Of a stretch of 64,000 nucleotides of DNA, positions 47,956 to 56,433 are shown piece after piece. The stretch is from Candidatus Omnitrophota bacterium (lineage in GTDB: Bacteria > Omnitrophota > Gorgyraeia > 2-02-FULL-51-18): positions 2,641-66,640 of the forward strand of contig CAMDWQ010000011.1 in assembly GCA_945877765.1 (NCBI GenBank), given 5' to 3'. Under the pieces are notes generated by a model. The model was not told where the DNA came from. It saw nothing but the letters and a program-made list of their open reading frames with translations, and did not search any database. Each line of letters opens with the position of its first letter. Within the stretch, counting starts at the first letter, position 1. Both the position numbers and the translations under genes were made by a program.

Positions 47956-48744
47956 TTGCGCTTAAATTTTGACGTATCAGTTGCCAGTCATTTCAGGAGC
48001 GCATCCCAAAGAGCGCGAGTTTTAACAGAAGCTTGGGTTGATAGCCAGGTCTACTGTCCTAACTGTGGGCTTCTCGGTATAGATAAATATCCTAATAATA
48101 ATCCCGCCGCCGATTTTCACTGCTCGAATTGCCATGAAGACTATGAGCTCAAAAGTAAAAATTCTAAAATTGGAACAAGAGTTGTCGACGGAGCCTACCG
48201 AACATTGATTCAAAAGCTGCGAGGCAATACCAATCCCAATCTATTTTTGTTAAATTACGATCCACGAAGCGCCGAGGTTCTAAATTTTTTTGTGATCCCA
48301 AAGCACTTTTTTATTCCTGAAATTATTGAAAAAAGGAAGCCGCTTGCACCTACCGCTCGCCGTGCCGGTTGGGTTGGTTGTAACATTCTTCTGCATGATA
48401 TCCCGCCAACCGGAATAATTTATTTTGTAAAAAATCGTATTATTGAGTCAAGGGTAAAGGTGCTTTCCTGTTGGAAAAAGACACTGTTTTTGAGAGAAGA
48501 GAAAGAGCTCGTCGCCAAAGGCTGGCTTTTGGATGTGATGCGCTGCGTCGAGCGGCTTAACCAAAGTTTTTCACTTGATGAAGTTTATTCTTTTGCGGGA
48601 GAGCTGGGCATAAAACACCCTGAGAATCGACATATCAAGGATAAAATTCGTCAGCAGTTGCAGGTTCTGCGTGAGAGAGGCTATCTCGAGTTTATCGCGA
48701 ATCCGGGGACACGTACCGAATTCCTGAGGGGCTTAGTCTATTAG
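47956..48744 (+). CDS. Zn-ribbon protein, candidate nuclease partner of the methyltransferase
   Basis: CPNCG-x17-CSNCHEDYELKSK (Zn-ribbon followed by a D...E.K-like triad). The C-terminal half is helical (winged-helix-like?). The last ~12 codons (ANPGTRTEFLRGLVY) are encoded by the MITE. Confidence 0.35.
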   Translation: MRLNFDVSVASHFRSASQRARVLTEAWVDSQVYCPNCGLLGIDKYPNNNPAADFHCSNCHEDYELKSKNSKIGTRVVDGAYRTLIQKLRGNTNPNLFLLNYDPRSAEVLNFFVIPKHFFIPEIIEKRKPLAPTARRAGWVGCNILLHDIPPTGIIYFVKNRIIESRVKVLSCWKKTLFLREEKELVAKGWLLDVMRCVERLNQSFSLDEVYSFAGELGIKHPENRHIKDKIRQQLQVLRERGYLEFIANPGTRTEFLRGLVY

Positions 48745-48786
48745 GTACGTGTCCCGAGATTCCGAGATTCCGTCCCGAGATTCCGC
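48698..48786. repeat. MITE-like repeat (GGGACACGTACC family), full copy
   Basis: gaatccGGGGACACGTACCgaattcctgaggggcttagtctattaGGTACGTGTCCCgagattccgagattccgtcccgagattccg: a 12-bp inverted repeat around a ~26-bp core, plus a cgagattcc tandem tail. Confidence 0.75.
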
Positions 48787-48912
48787 AAGTAGTTAATTTA
48801 AGAGCAGAGTGTTATATTTTTAATTTCCAGCGAGGATACGTATGAAAAATTTGATTGCCCAAAAAATGCGCCCAAACGACCCATTGCCGTTTATATTTCT
48901 GCTTCTTTGCGC

Positions 48913-49090
48913 GGAATCCGGGGACACGTACCGAATTCCTGAGTGGCTATAGTATATTAGGTACGGAATCCGGGCGGAATCCGGGCGAATCCGGGGACAC
49001 GTACCGAATTCCTGAGGGGCTTAGTCTATTAGGTACGTGTCCCGAGATTCACGAGATTCAGCCGAGATTCCGTGTCCCGAGATTCCGTTG
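48913..49090. repeat. MITE-like repeat (GGGACACGTACC family), two tandem copies (first truncated)
   Basis: ggaatccggggacacgtaccgaattcctgagtggctatagtatattaggtacg, then (ggaatccgggc)x2, then a complete copy ending gtgtcccgagattccg. Confidence 0.75.
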
Positions 49091-49426
49091 TGGGGAAGAC
49101 CAAAGAAAAATTGCCCCAAGGCGCCGAAAAGAAAACCGAGATCACGGTAGCCGCGATAGCCGAGGCCCAAAAAGCAGAGCCGCCCAAAAAGCCAGCCATG
49201 GTCAAGCGCGACTCGCTCGTCCTCACCAACGGCCAGACCGTAAGCGGACAAATCCTCGAACGGAGGCCCGACGGCGTCTGGTTTCGTGCCGATGAGGGCA
49301 TCGACATGCTTTTTACTCACGCGGAAATAAAGCAGGTACGCGCGGGGGATGTTGATCCCGAATAAAAAGGGTCCGGTAAACTATTCTGATATCTTTCCAT
49401 AAAAAACCTGAAAGGAGCGCTCTCCA

Positions 49427-50272
49427 GTGACGGCCTTTTACTCTTTTGTAAATTTCTTCCTGCGCAGAAAACCGCTTCTTATTTTTCTCGTTTTCCTTTT
49501 TTTTCTGGGGCTTGGGGTTTCCACCGTCTATCGAGGCGCTCTCAATACTCCCAAACGCACCGATCTCACCGTCTATATCCGCGGCGCCGAAGCGATTCGC
49601 GCCGGAGAAAATATTTATACCGTACGGACCGAGCGTTCATGGAACTACATCTATTTGCCGCTGACGGCGGTCATCCTCTCGTTCTTTACGGGCACGCCTT
49701 TCACGCTGTTTTTGGTATTGTTGGTGTTCTATTTTTACACCCAGAAACGCCCCGCGTGGGCGGGAATTCTTTTGGCGCTGGCGATCGTGCTGAAAACCTC
49801 ACCGGTGGGATTTATAGTTTTTTTCTTCTTATTTAAGAGAGAGTGGGAGATCTGCCTCTGGATACTTTTTGGGCTTTGTTTGTGGATCCTGGCCAGCCCC
49901 TCATTTTTTATCGGCTGGGAAAGGAATTCCAACCACACCATCGCGGTAACCATGAAAGCCTTGAGCGTGGCGGCGCTGGCCGGTTTAGCCTGGCTCTGCG
50001 GTAAAAATAAGACTTCCGATAAGGTCCGGCTCTTCGCGGAGTATTCGCTGTTCCCGATGACAATGCTCTTTTTTTCGCCGGCCTCCAAAATGAACCATTT
50101 CACTGTGTTGTTCATTCTCTTCGCCGCAGCCTGTCTTACCGCGGAGCGGTTTTCACGGCAGTCCGCCATCTACCGCTTTTTGGCCGCCTTTTTCTTTCCA
50201 CAGCGCTTCTGGCGGCGATCCGGCTCAAAAAAAAGGTCCGGTCTTTGGGCTGAGTCTAGTCCAGTGGTATAA
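49427..50272 (+). CDS. polytopic membrane protein, DUF2029/GT87-like (possible polyprenol-dependent glycosyltransferase)
   Basis: ~8 TM helices. The LKTSPVGF motif in a periplasmic loop resembles the GT87/DUF2029 family. Confidence 0.4.
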   Translation: MTAFYSFVNFFLRRKPLLIFLVFLFFLGLGVSTVYRGALNTPKRTDLTVYIRGAEAIRAGENIYTVRTERSWNYIYLPLTAVILSFFTGTPFTLFLVLLVFYFYTQKRPAWAGILLALAIVLKTSPVGFIVFFFLFKREWEICLWILFGLCLWILASPSFFIGWERNSNHTIAVTMKALSVAALAGLAWLCGKNKTSDKVRLFAEYSLFPMTMLFFSPASKMNHFTVLFILFAAACLTAERFSRQSAIYRFLAAFFFPQRFWRRSGSKKRSGLWAESSPVV

Positions 50273-50300
50273 TCTAACCAATGGATGTGTCACCCTTCAA

Positions 50301-51206
50301 TTGGACCCCTTTTTTGCTTCTATGAATTGTCCCTATTGCAATGCTTTGCTTTCGGGGACGGCGATACGTTGTAAAAGTTGTCGCAAAGCTTTGGCTCCGC
50401 TTGAAATCCGACGTTCCGGAACGGGGATCCTTGCCTGGGCGAAGGGTCTCTTGGCGCGCGGGAATTCTTTGTTTCTGGAAGAGAAGCCGGTTGTGTGGGG
50501 CCTGCGGTCGGTGTTGTTTTTTTGGGTGCTGGCTTTTGCGGCTTCCTGGGCTCTCGAGTATCAGGCGCCGGCGCTCCCGTTTTTGGAGTTTCTCCGCGAG
50601 CACTTTTTTATTTTTACGCGGGAGCCGCGGCTTCAGCATTACCTGTATATTTTTTTAAACACGCTGATTCTGAAGACAGCGCTTACGATTGCCGTTCTTA
50701 TTTTTGTCCGGTTTTGCGAAAAGAAGATGGGTGAGGCGCTCGCATGGCGCCTTCCACAGACGGGCTGGATGACGTTCACTTTTGTTTTTTTCGGGATGGC
50801 GGTGATCGCAGGGCAGTTTGAAGGGATCAATCCGCTCATTCCGAATCTGCCGACGTCGTTTTTTTTCGCCGAAAGCGCGGTGATAGGGAATGCGGTTGCG
50901 CTTGTGTCGATCATCGTCATCGCGCCGATCACGGAAGAAATTTTCTTCCGCGGTTTCATGCTGCCGGCCATCGTGAAAAGGACCGGCGCTCTTGCCGGTA
51001 CCCTGATCGTGTCGGTGCTTTTTGCGGCAGTTCACTTTCCCCAGCTTCGTCACAATTACGCGGCGCTCGTGGTCATCTTCGGAGGCAGTGTTCTGATGTC
51101 TTTGGCACGACTTGGTAGCCGGTCGACGATTTATGCAATCGGGCTGCATGCGCTTTACAATGCCTCCATCCTCGGCGCAGGATTCTTTCGTGATGTTCTC
51201 AAATAA
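50301..51206 (+). CDS. CPBP-family intramembrane metalloprotease (CAAX protease/Abi) with N-terminal Zn-ribbon
   Basis: CPYCNALLSGTAIRCKSCRK zinc ribbon, then PITEEIFFRGFM (EExxxR motif) and AAVHFPQ (FxxxH). Confidence 0.7.
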   Translation: MDPFFASMNCPYCNALLSGTAIRCKSCRKALAPLEIRRSGTGILAWAKGLLARGNSLFLEEKPVVWGLRSVLFFWVLAFAASWALEYQAPALPFLEFLREHFFIFTREPRLQHYLYIFLNTLILKTALTIAVLIFVRFCEKKMGEALAWRLPQTGWMTFTFVFFGMAVIAGQFEGINPLIPNLPTSFFFAESAVIGNAVALVSIIVIAPITEEIFFRGFMLPAIVKRTGALAGTLIVSVLFAAVHFPQLRHNYAALVVIFGGSVLMSLARLGSRSTIYAIGLHALYNASILGAGFFRDVLK

Positions 51207-52611
51207 TCATCGCCTGAAATTTGTCTTCGCCGTATTCCTGGTATTTCTGTCCCTGTGTGCCGTGGAGGCGCAGGCTTGGGGCGGACCGAAGATCGAGGAT
51301 CTCGTGCGGCGCGGCGACGAAGCGTTTTATGAGCGTAATTATGAAAAAAGCAGAGAGCGCTACTCCGAAGCGGTAAAAATAAAGCCGCGCGCGGTCGCAC
51401 CGCACGTGATGTTGGGCCGGCTTTACTACGCGATGGCGCGCTACACCCAAGCAAAGCGGGAATTTGAAACTGCGTTGTCTCTGCATCCCGACGCCGTGAT
51501 TCGCAAATTTCTCGAGAGCGCACTCAATCACATGAATAACACCGCCGAAATTTTACGGCGCATCGAAGCCGTGCCCGACACGCCGGCCAATCGTAGTGCC
51601 CTCGTTACTTTGCACGAAGCCGCCGCGCAGAGGATGTATCAGGACCGCGCTTACATGGCGCTTTTGGGCGCGCACCTACGCTACATGCTCGAGGCGGATC
51701 CGAAAAACTCAGTCCTGCGTGCGGGAATCGCCGATGCGTTTTACCTGAGCAGTGATTCGGTGAGCGCCGTCGTGCTTTACGAAGAGTTAGTGCGACTATC
51801 GCCGCGCAATCGGCCGCTTTTGAAGCGGCTTGCGGACACGTACATTTCGCTGGGGCGGTTTGACCAGGCGTCGATGTCTTACAAGAAAGCGCTGCGCGAG
51901 AGTGTCCGCACCGGCGACCGTGAGGAAATAGACGCGCTGTTGAAACTTATCCGGGCACTGCCGGCGCCGTTTGGCAAAGTCCGTTTACTGGCTGAAGATA
52001 AAGAAGATTATGCTGGCGCTATCGCCGCGCTGAAACGGCGTCTTGACCTGAATGGGAATGATTTGGGCGCCATGACGATGATGGGCGCTTTGTATGAGCA
52101 GGTGGAAGAAGACGCAAAAGCAGAGAAGCTCTACAAAACGGCGCTTGAAATCGATCCTGAATATCCCTACGCGCATTTTTACATGGGCCGTTGGTTGCTT
52201 TTGAAAAAAAAGAAGTTCGAAGAAGCTGTCGACGAGTTGAATCTATTCAAAGAATACCTGGAAGCCGCCGGTTACCGTCCAAGTGTCACCGGAAAGACGA
52301 AGGAGATGATCCTGAAGGACCGCGTTCAGGCTTCGCGGTATCTGGCGACTATCTACTCGGAGGTCTTGAACCGGAAAAATACGGCGATTCAGGAGCTGCA
52401 ACAGGCGCTTGTCCTCGCTCCGAAGGACGCCGAGCTTTATTATGATCTGGGCGCTTCCTATGCGGGTGCAAAGAAACGCATGTCCGCCATCCAAAGCTTC
52501 AAGAAAGTGATTGAGCTCAAACCCAAGTCTGAACTCGCCAAGGAAGCAGAAAACGCCATCGACATCATTCGTTCGTACGGGGACAATGGGCGATATACGA
52601 GTCCTTGGTAG
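51193..52611 (+). CDS. secreted tetratricopeptide-repeat protein
   Basis: Signal peptide KFVFAVFLVFLSLCAVEAQA followed by multiple TPR-like A..Y......Y..A...Y..AL repeats. Confidence 0.65.
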   Translation: MFSNNHRLKFVFAVFLVFLSLCAVEAQAWGGPKIEDLVRRGDEAFYERNYEKSRERYSEAVKIKPRAVAPHVMLGRLYYAMARYTQAKREFETALSLHPDAVIRKFLESALNHMNNTAEILRRIEAVPDTPANRSALVTLHEAAAQRMYQDRAYMALLGAHLRYMLEADPKNSVLRAGIADAFYLSSDSVSAVVLYEELVRLSPRNRPLLKRLADTYISLGRFDQASMSYKKALRESVRTGDREEIDALLKLIRALPAPFGKVRLLAEDKEDYAGAIAALKRRLDLNGNDLGAMTMMGALYEQVEEDAKAEKLYKTALEIDPEYPYAHFYMGRWLLLKKKKFEEAVDELNLFKEYLEAAGYRPSVTGKTKEMILKDRVQASRYLATIYSEVLNRKNTAIQELQQALVLAPKDAELYYDLGASYAGAKKRMSAIQSFKKVIELKPKSELAKEAENAIDIIRSYGDNGRYTSPW

Positions 52612-52785
52612 GAAAAGATAATATAATATAAGGTATAAGGTGTCTGTATAAGGTGTCAGTCTGACACGTTTATAATCAAGGGGGTGTTCGACGATGATAG
52701 ACAAGGACACCAAGCTGTCCCTTAATGGGCCGAAGGCAGAGCTAGCGAGAACATTTTGAAGAAAGAGTGTTGATGGAGCCGGGCA

Positions 52786-53244
52786 ATGAAAACATACCTT
52801 TTAAAAAAATCGCAAACGATTTCGAGGGACATTGAGGATGTATTTGGGTTCTTTAAAAAACCAGAAAATCTTTCTCGACTGACCCCGGCTTCTCTCGATT
52901 TTAAAATATTGACACCTTTTCCGATCAAGATGGAAAAAGGAAAACTCATCGATTATACGATCAAGATCGCCGGGATCCGCCAGCGATGGACTACCCTGAT
53001 CACGGATTATGATCCGCCTCACCGTTTTGTCGACGAGCAAATTAAAGGGCCCTATTCATTTTGGCATCATACCCATACTTTTGAAGCGTGTGACGGGGGA
53101 ACCAAAGTTACCGACGAAGTCAGGTACTCAATTTCTTTAGGCTTTATGGGGCGTCTCGCTAATTTTTTGTTTGTAAGAAGACAATTGGAAAGCATCTTCA
53201 ATTATCGGGAAAAAGTGATCCAAGAGTACTTTGATGGCCAATGA
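52786..53244 (+). CDS. SRPBCC-superfamily (polyketide cyclase/dehydrase-like) protein
   Basis: 152 aa with IEDVFGFFKKPENLSRLTP...RQRWTTLITDYDPPHRFVDEQIKGPYSFWHHTHTFE; a paralogue is at 55259-55741. Confidence 0.6.
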   Translation: MKTYLLKKSQTISRDIEDVFGFFKKPENLSRLTPASLDFKILTPFPIKMEKGKLIDYTIKIAGIRQRWTTLITDYDPPHRFVDEQIKGPYSFWHHTHTFEACDGGTKVTDEVRYSISLGFMGRLANFLFVRRQLESIFNYREKVIQEYFDGQ

Positions 53245-53302
53245 TCGATCGGGAGGCTCAAGATGAAAATCATGATAGCGGGAGGGACGGGGTTTATCGT
53301 GG

Positions 53303-53378
53303 AAATCCGGGGACACGTACAGAATTGCTTGTTGGCTGTGTTAGATTAGGTACGTGTCCCGAGATTCTCGAGATTCTC
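53303..53378. repeat. MITE-like repeat (GGGACACGTACC family)
   Basis: gaaatccggggacacgtacagaattgcttgttggctgtgttagattaggtacgtgtcccgagattctcgagattctc. Confidence 0.7.
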
Positions 53379-53434
53379 ATGACCAAGAGCCTGGCGTTTT
53401 CCCAGTTGCCTAAATGTATTAAATATGATACATT

Positions 53435-53929
53435 TTGTATATGCATCCAGTCGGTCAAACCATCAGTTTTTGGCGAATGAAAAAAGGACTTACCCAAGCG
53501 GTAGTGGCCCAGCGGAGTGGTGTTTCAAGGCCTAATCTTTCGGCCATTGAGCAGGGCGCTAGAGACCTAACGGTGCAAACACTTCGTCGTATTGCTTCGA
53601 CCCTGGGTGTTACTCCAGGAGCATTGGTGGATGGGGTTAGTCCCGACGTAGTAAACCCGCAGAAAAAACTTGATCGATATGCTATCGATCGGATTGCCAG
53701 AATTGCTTCCGGCCAAGTTCTAAAAGCTTCTAGTACCGAGCAACGAATCGCACGAGATTTAGCGTCTGTCATGAAATCTAAGACACGAAATATAGCCGAG
53801 AAGAAAAATTTGAGGAATATCCGTTCCGAGAACACCGCTATTTTTTCACTCAAAACAGAAATAGGTCCGGCGCTTTTTGGGCATTTAATACGCCGCGTAG
53901 AAAAAAACCTTAGAAATCATTATGAATAA
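53435..53929 (+). CDS. XRE-family helix-turn-helix protein
   Basis: MKKGLTQAVVAQRSGVSRPNLSAIEQGARDLTVQTLRRIASTLGV: a lambda Cro/C1-type HTH. Confidence 0.65.
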   Translation: MYMHPVGQTISFWRMKKGLTQAVVAQRSGVSRPNLSAIEQGARDLTVQTLRRIASTLGVTPGALVDGVSPDVVNPQKKLDRYAIDRIARIASGQVLKASSTEQRIARDLASVMKSKTRNIAEKKNLRNIRSENTAIFSLKTEIGPALFGHLIRRVEKNLRNHYE

Positions 53930-54515
53930 AAAGCAGATCGAACGTTATTTCAAAATTTTAGATAAGATTTACGGCAAAAAATGTAAAGTAATTCTAACGG
54001 GTGCCGCCGCGGGCGCGTTGTATGGGAATGTTCGCTCAACGCTCGACATCGATTTTTCGGCGGAAGCCGCAGATTGGGAGAGTTTTTCAAAAGCGGCGCA
54101 GGAAGCAAGTATTCGGGTAGGCATTGAAGTTCAGTACGCCGAAGATATTGATCGTTGGTCCTCTATTACCTTAATGGACTACAAGAAACATACTTTTGTC
54201 TACGGGAAACAGGGAAAGATCGAAATTAGGTTGATGGAGCCGCCCTATTGGGCCATAGGAAAACTTTCGCGTTACCTCGATCAGGATATCAGCGATATCG
54301 TAAAAGTTTTTAAGAAAACAAACACCCAGTGGCAGAAAGTAGCATCTGTTTCCGGCATGGCCCTTCGAAAAAGCCCTCAATCAACTGCTTGTTTTTTATT
54401 TCGGAAGCAAACAGAAAATTTTTTCAAGCACTATGGCAGAAAAATCTGGGGAAGAACTTTTGATGAAAACAAAGCTCTCGCTCTTTTTCACCAGGAAGCC
54501 GGTATAAAAAACTGA
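53922..54515 (+). CDS. nucleotidyltransferase-fold protein
   Basis: LTGAAAGALYGNVRSTLDIDFS fits the minimal NTase G[SG]...D.D signature. Overlaps the preceding HTH gene by 8 nt. Confidence 0.45.
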   Translation: MNKKQIERYFKILDKIYGKKCKVILTGAAAGALYGNVRSTLDIDFSAEAADWESFSKAAQEASIRVGIEVQYAEDIDRWSSITLMDYKKHTFVYGKQGKIEIRLMEPPYWAIGKLSRYLDQDISDIVKVFKKTNTQWQKVASVSGMALRKSPQSTACFLFRKQTENFFKHYGRKIWGRTFDENKALALFHQEAGIKN

Positions 54516-54708
54516 ATGCTATAAAACTCTCACGCCTGTCCATGCTTGCAATGTCTGGGCCGTGGATACCGGCGGCGGTTGGAGCGGCAAACTCACCATC
54601 ATGAATATCGACAGCCACGACTATTGGCAGTCGGATCTTGTGCCAGATCTGTACCCACATATCCCTGGGCGGCGTTGATCAAGTTGGGTCAGGCTTAGAC
54701 TAATTTAA

Positions 54709-54963
54709 CTAGAGAACAAATCGCACGCCCGGGATCATCCTTAGCGATACGTCGAGCGTATCCATTTCAATTTTGGAATACACGCGCACACTGATGTTGT
54801 ACGTGACGTATTTACCGCCCTGGGAGTGGTGACCCTCTGTAAGTACCGTGATTTTTTCGCTGATCTCGAAGGCTAGCTCGATCGCCGTGCGAATCAAACC
54901 TTCATCGGCGTCCGCGATGATCTTGATGTGGCACACTTGGGGAAATAGGAGCTCTTCGGGCAT
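54709..54963 (-). CDS. DUF493/YbeD-like small protein
   Basis: 84 aa with FP..C..KII......L...I.......S.....T..H.S.....VTY.ISV.V.S..E.D.L..........V, similar in layout to E. coli YbeD. Confidence 0.4.
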   Translation of the reverse strand: MPEELLFPQVCHIKIIADADEGLIRTAIELAFEISEKITVLTEGHHSQGGKYVTYNISVRVYSKIEMDTLDVSLRMIPGVRFVL

Positions 54964-55075
54964 GCATTTATCATTGCGCTAAGCGTTTTGGGTGTCAAGC
55001 GCCAGTTAGACCGCTTGAATCAAATGATCTTTTGACTAGAAATCCACTTTATGATGATATGGGCATAGCCTAAAC

Positions 55076-55252
55076 CGGACCCCGTCCAAATGATCCAAAA
55101 AGGGACACGTTAACCCAGGAGAGATCCTGGATTTTTTTTGTTCTTTTTGACCCGCTCAGGGTTGGGTATATACTGATGGCATGTGTAAACGTAACCAGGA
55201 CAACGATCAGCGAGCTAACGTGTCCCCAAAAGGGCCATTTGGACGGGGTCCG
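55076..55252. mobile_element. 177-bp MITE with ~35-bp terminal inverted repeats
   Basis: Left ccggaccccgtccaaatgatccaaaaagggacacgttaac and right gctaacgtgtccccaaaagggccatttggacggggtccgg. The core ggattttttttgttctttttgacccgctcagggttgggtatatactga is shared with 34207-34262. Confidence 0.7.
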
Positions 55253-55258
55253 GTATAT

Positions 55259-55741
55259 TTATTTAAATATTTTTTTCAGGTTTTCTCTTCGATAATCAAA
55301 AACTTTTCTGAGATTCGTCTCAGCAAATTTTTTCCCGAACGTGTTCCCAAGCCATCCTAACGGTAACTGATAATGGACTTCATCTGTCATCAGAGTGCCG
55401 TCGTTAGTTTCTTCAAATTGATGCACATGCTTCCAGTAGGCATAAGGCCCGTTTAATTGCACATCTTCAAAGAAGTAAGGAGGCTCGCATCGGGTGATCA
55501 GCGTTGTCCAAGAGAGTGGGACCCCCAAAAGACGGATTTTGTAACGATAGCGAGCATTTAATTTCAATTTTTCCGAATCTGCGGATAGGACCTTGAGACA
55601 TAGCGAAGGCGGGGTCAGCTTAGCAAGGTTGGAGTGAGTTTCAAAAAAAGAAAATACCTCCTGCCTTGTGCGCGGAATAAGTTGTTGCTGACGAAGTGAA
55701 TGGAGATTTTTCAAAGTCGCGACACTTTTTTTATATTCCAT
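55259..55741 (-). CDS. SRPBCC-superfamily protein (paralogue of 52786-53244)
   Basis: QEVFSFFETHSNLAKLTP...LSWTTLITRCEPPYFFEDVQLNGPYAYWKHVHQFE shows the same motif order as the upstream paralogue. Confidence 0.6.
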   Translation of the reverse strand: MEYKKSVATLKNLHSLRQQQLIPRTRQEVFSFFETHSNLAKLTPPSLCLKVLSADSEKLKLNARYRYKIRLLGVPLSWTTLITRCEPPYFFEDVQLNGPYAYWKHVHQFEETNDGTLMTDEVHYQLPLGWLGNTFGKKFAETNLRKVFDYRRENLKKIFK

Positions 55742-56433
55742 AGAATAACCTCTTGTTTTTTTGAGAAATGCAAAAGGGGTTTATCAGAAAGTAATTCAAC
55801 CTTCAAAGACTGCATCATCGTATTTGTTTTCAAAGACAAAGAAGCTTGCTGAAGTTGCCATGGATTGTGATGTATTTCCGCACGATAAAGATTTTTCTTA
55901 TCAGTGCTGTATAGACAATAGCGTTCGGTAAGCCAGTATTCCAGACTTTGCGGTAAAATTTTAATAATTTCTGAGGTTGGTTTGTAGCTTGCAGCAAACT
56001 CTTCAAGTTCACCATTTTTTCTTTTATTTTGATAGAGATAAGAGCCATTTTTATAAATCAAGGACATGTTGGCATGAAAATAAGGTAGGCGATACCACCA
56101 ACGTGCCAGGCGTACTGCCAATAAACTCTCAGCGTCTAGACTGAAAAACCAGACTCCGGACTTGTTTCCGTCAGTGACATAAGTTCTGACGTTTAGTTCA
56201 TTGAAAGAAACTCCCGGTAGCCCTCGGAGCCCCACATCTGTCATGCGAAACGGCACAATCCCAATCCATGCATTGCCGTTGAACGTTTCCAGTTGGAGCG
56301 ATTCGGGAATAAATTTTTGCAATGAGTTTGCGGGAACAGGCCAATGGATAAAAAGCAGATCCCGCCAGGTCTGGCGCATCATCCACGGTTCGCTTGGTAA
56401 AGACCAGGGGCGATGATCAACTGAGATTTTCAT
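55711..56433 (-). CDS. DUF2071-like (COG3361) conserved protein
   Basis: W.DLLFIHWPV....L...IP..L.L.TF.G.AWIGIVPFRM is typical of the YqjF/DUF2071 family; start taken at the internal ATG. Confidence 0.4.
   Translation of the reverse strand: MKISVDHRPWSLPSEPWMMRQTWRDLLFIHWPVPANSLQKFIPESLQLETFNGNAWIGIVPFRMTDVGLRGLPGVSFNELNVRTYVTDGNKSGVWFFSLDAESLLAVRLARWWYRLPYFHANMSLIYKNGSYLYQNKRKNGELEEFAASYKPTSEIIKILPQSLEYWLTERYCLYSTDKKNLYRAEIHHNPWQLQQASLSLKTNTMMQSLKVELLSDKPLLHFSKKQEVILWNIKKVSRL

Noticed and set aside
48855-49365. ORFs 48855-49295 (+), 49021-49320 (-), 49029-49307 (-) and the 5' part of 49072-49365
   Set aside because: Their translations are dominated by MITE repeat sequence (NPGTRTEF, PEIHEIQPRFRVPRF). 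Only the 3' portion of 49072-49365 (MVKRDSLVLTNGQTVSGQILERRPDGVWFRADEG...) might be a genuine small gene and is left uncalled.
50274-51531. Arg/Pro-rich ORFs on both strands overlapping the CPBP protease and TPR genes (50274-50639, 50341-50658, 50495-50734, 50639-51149, 51155-51531)
   Set aside because: Typical GC-rich shadow ORFs with low-complexity basic translations. The CPBP and TPR frames have clear motifs.
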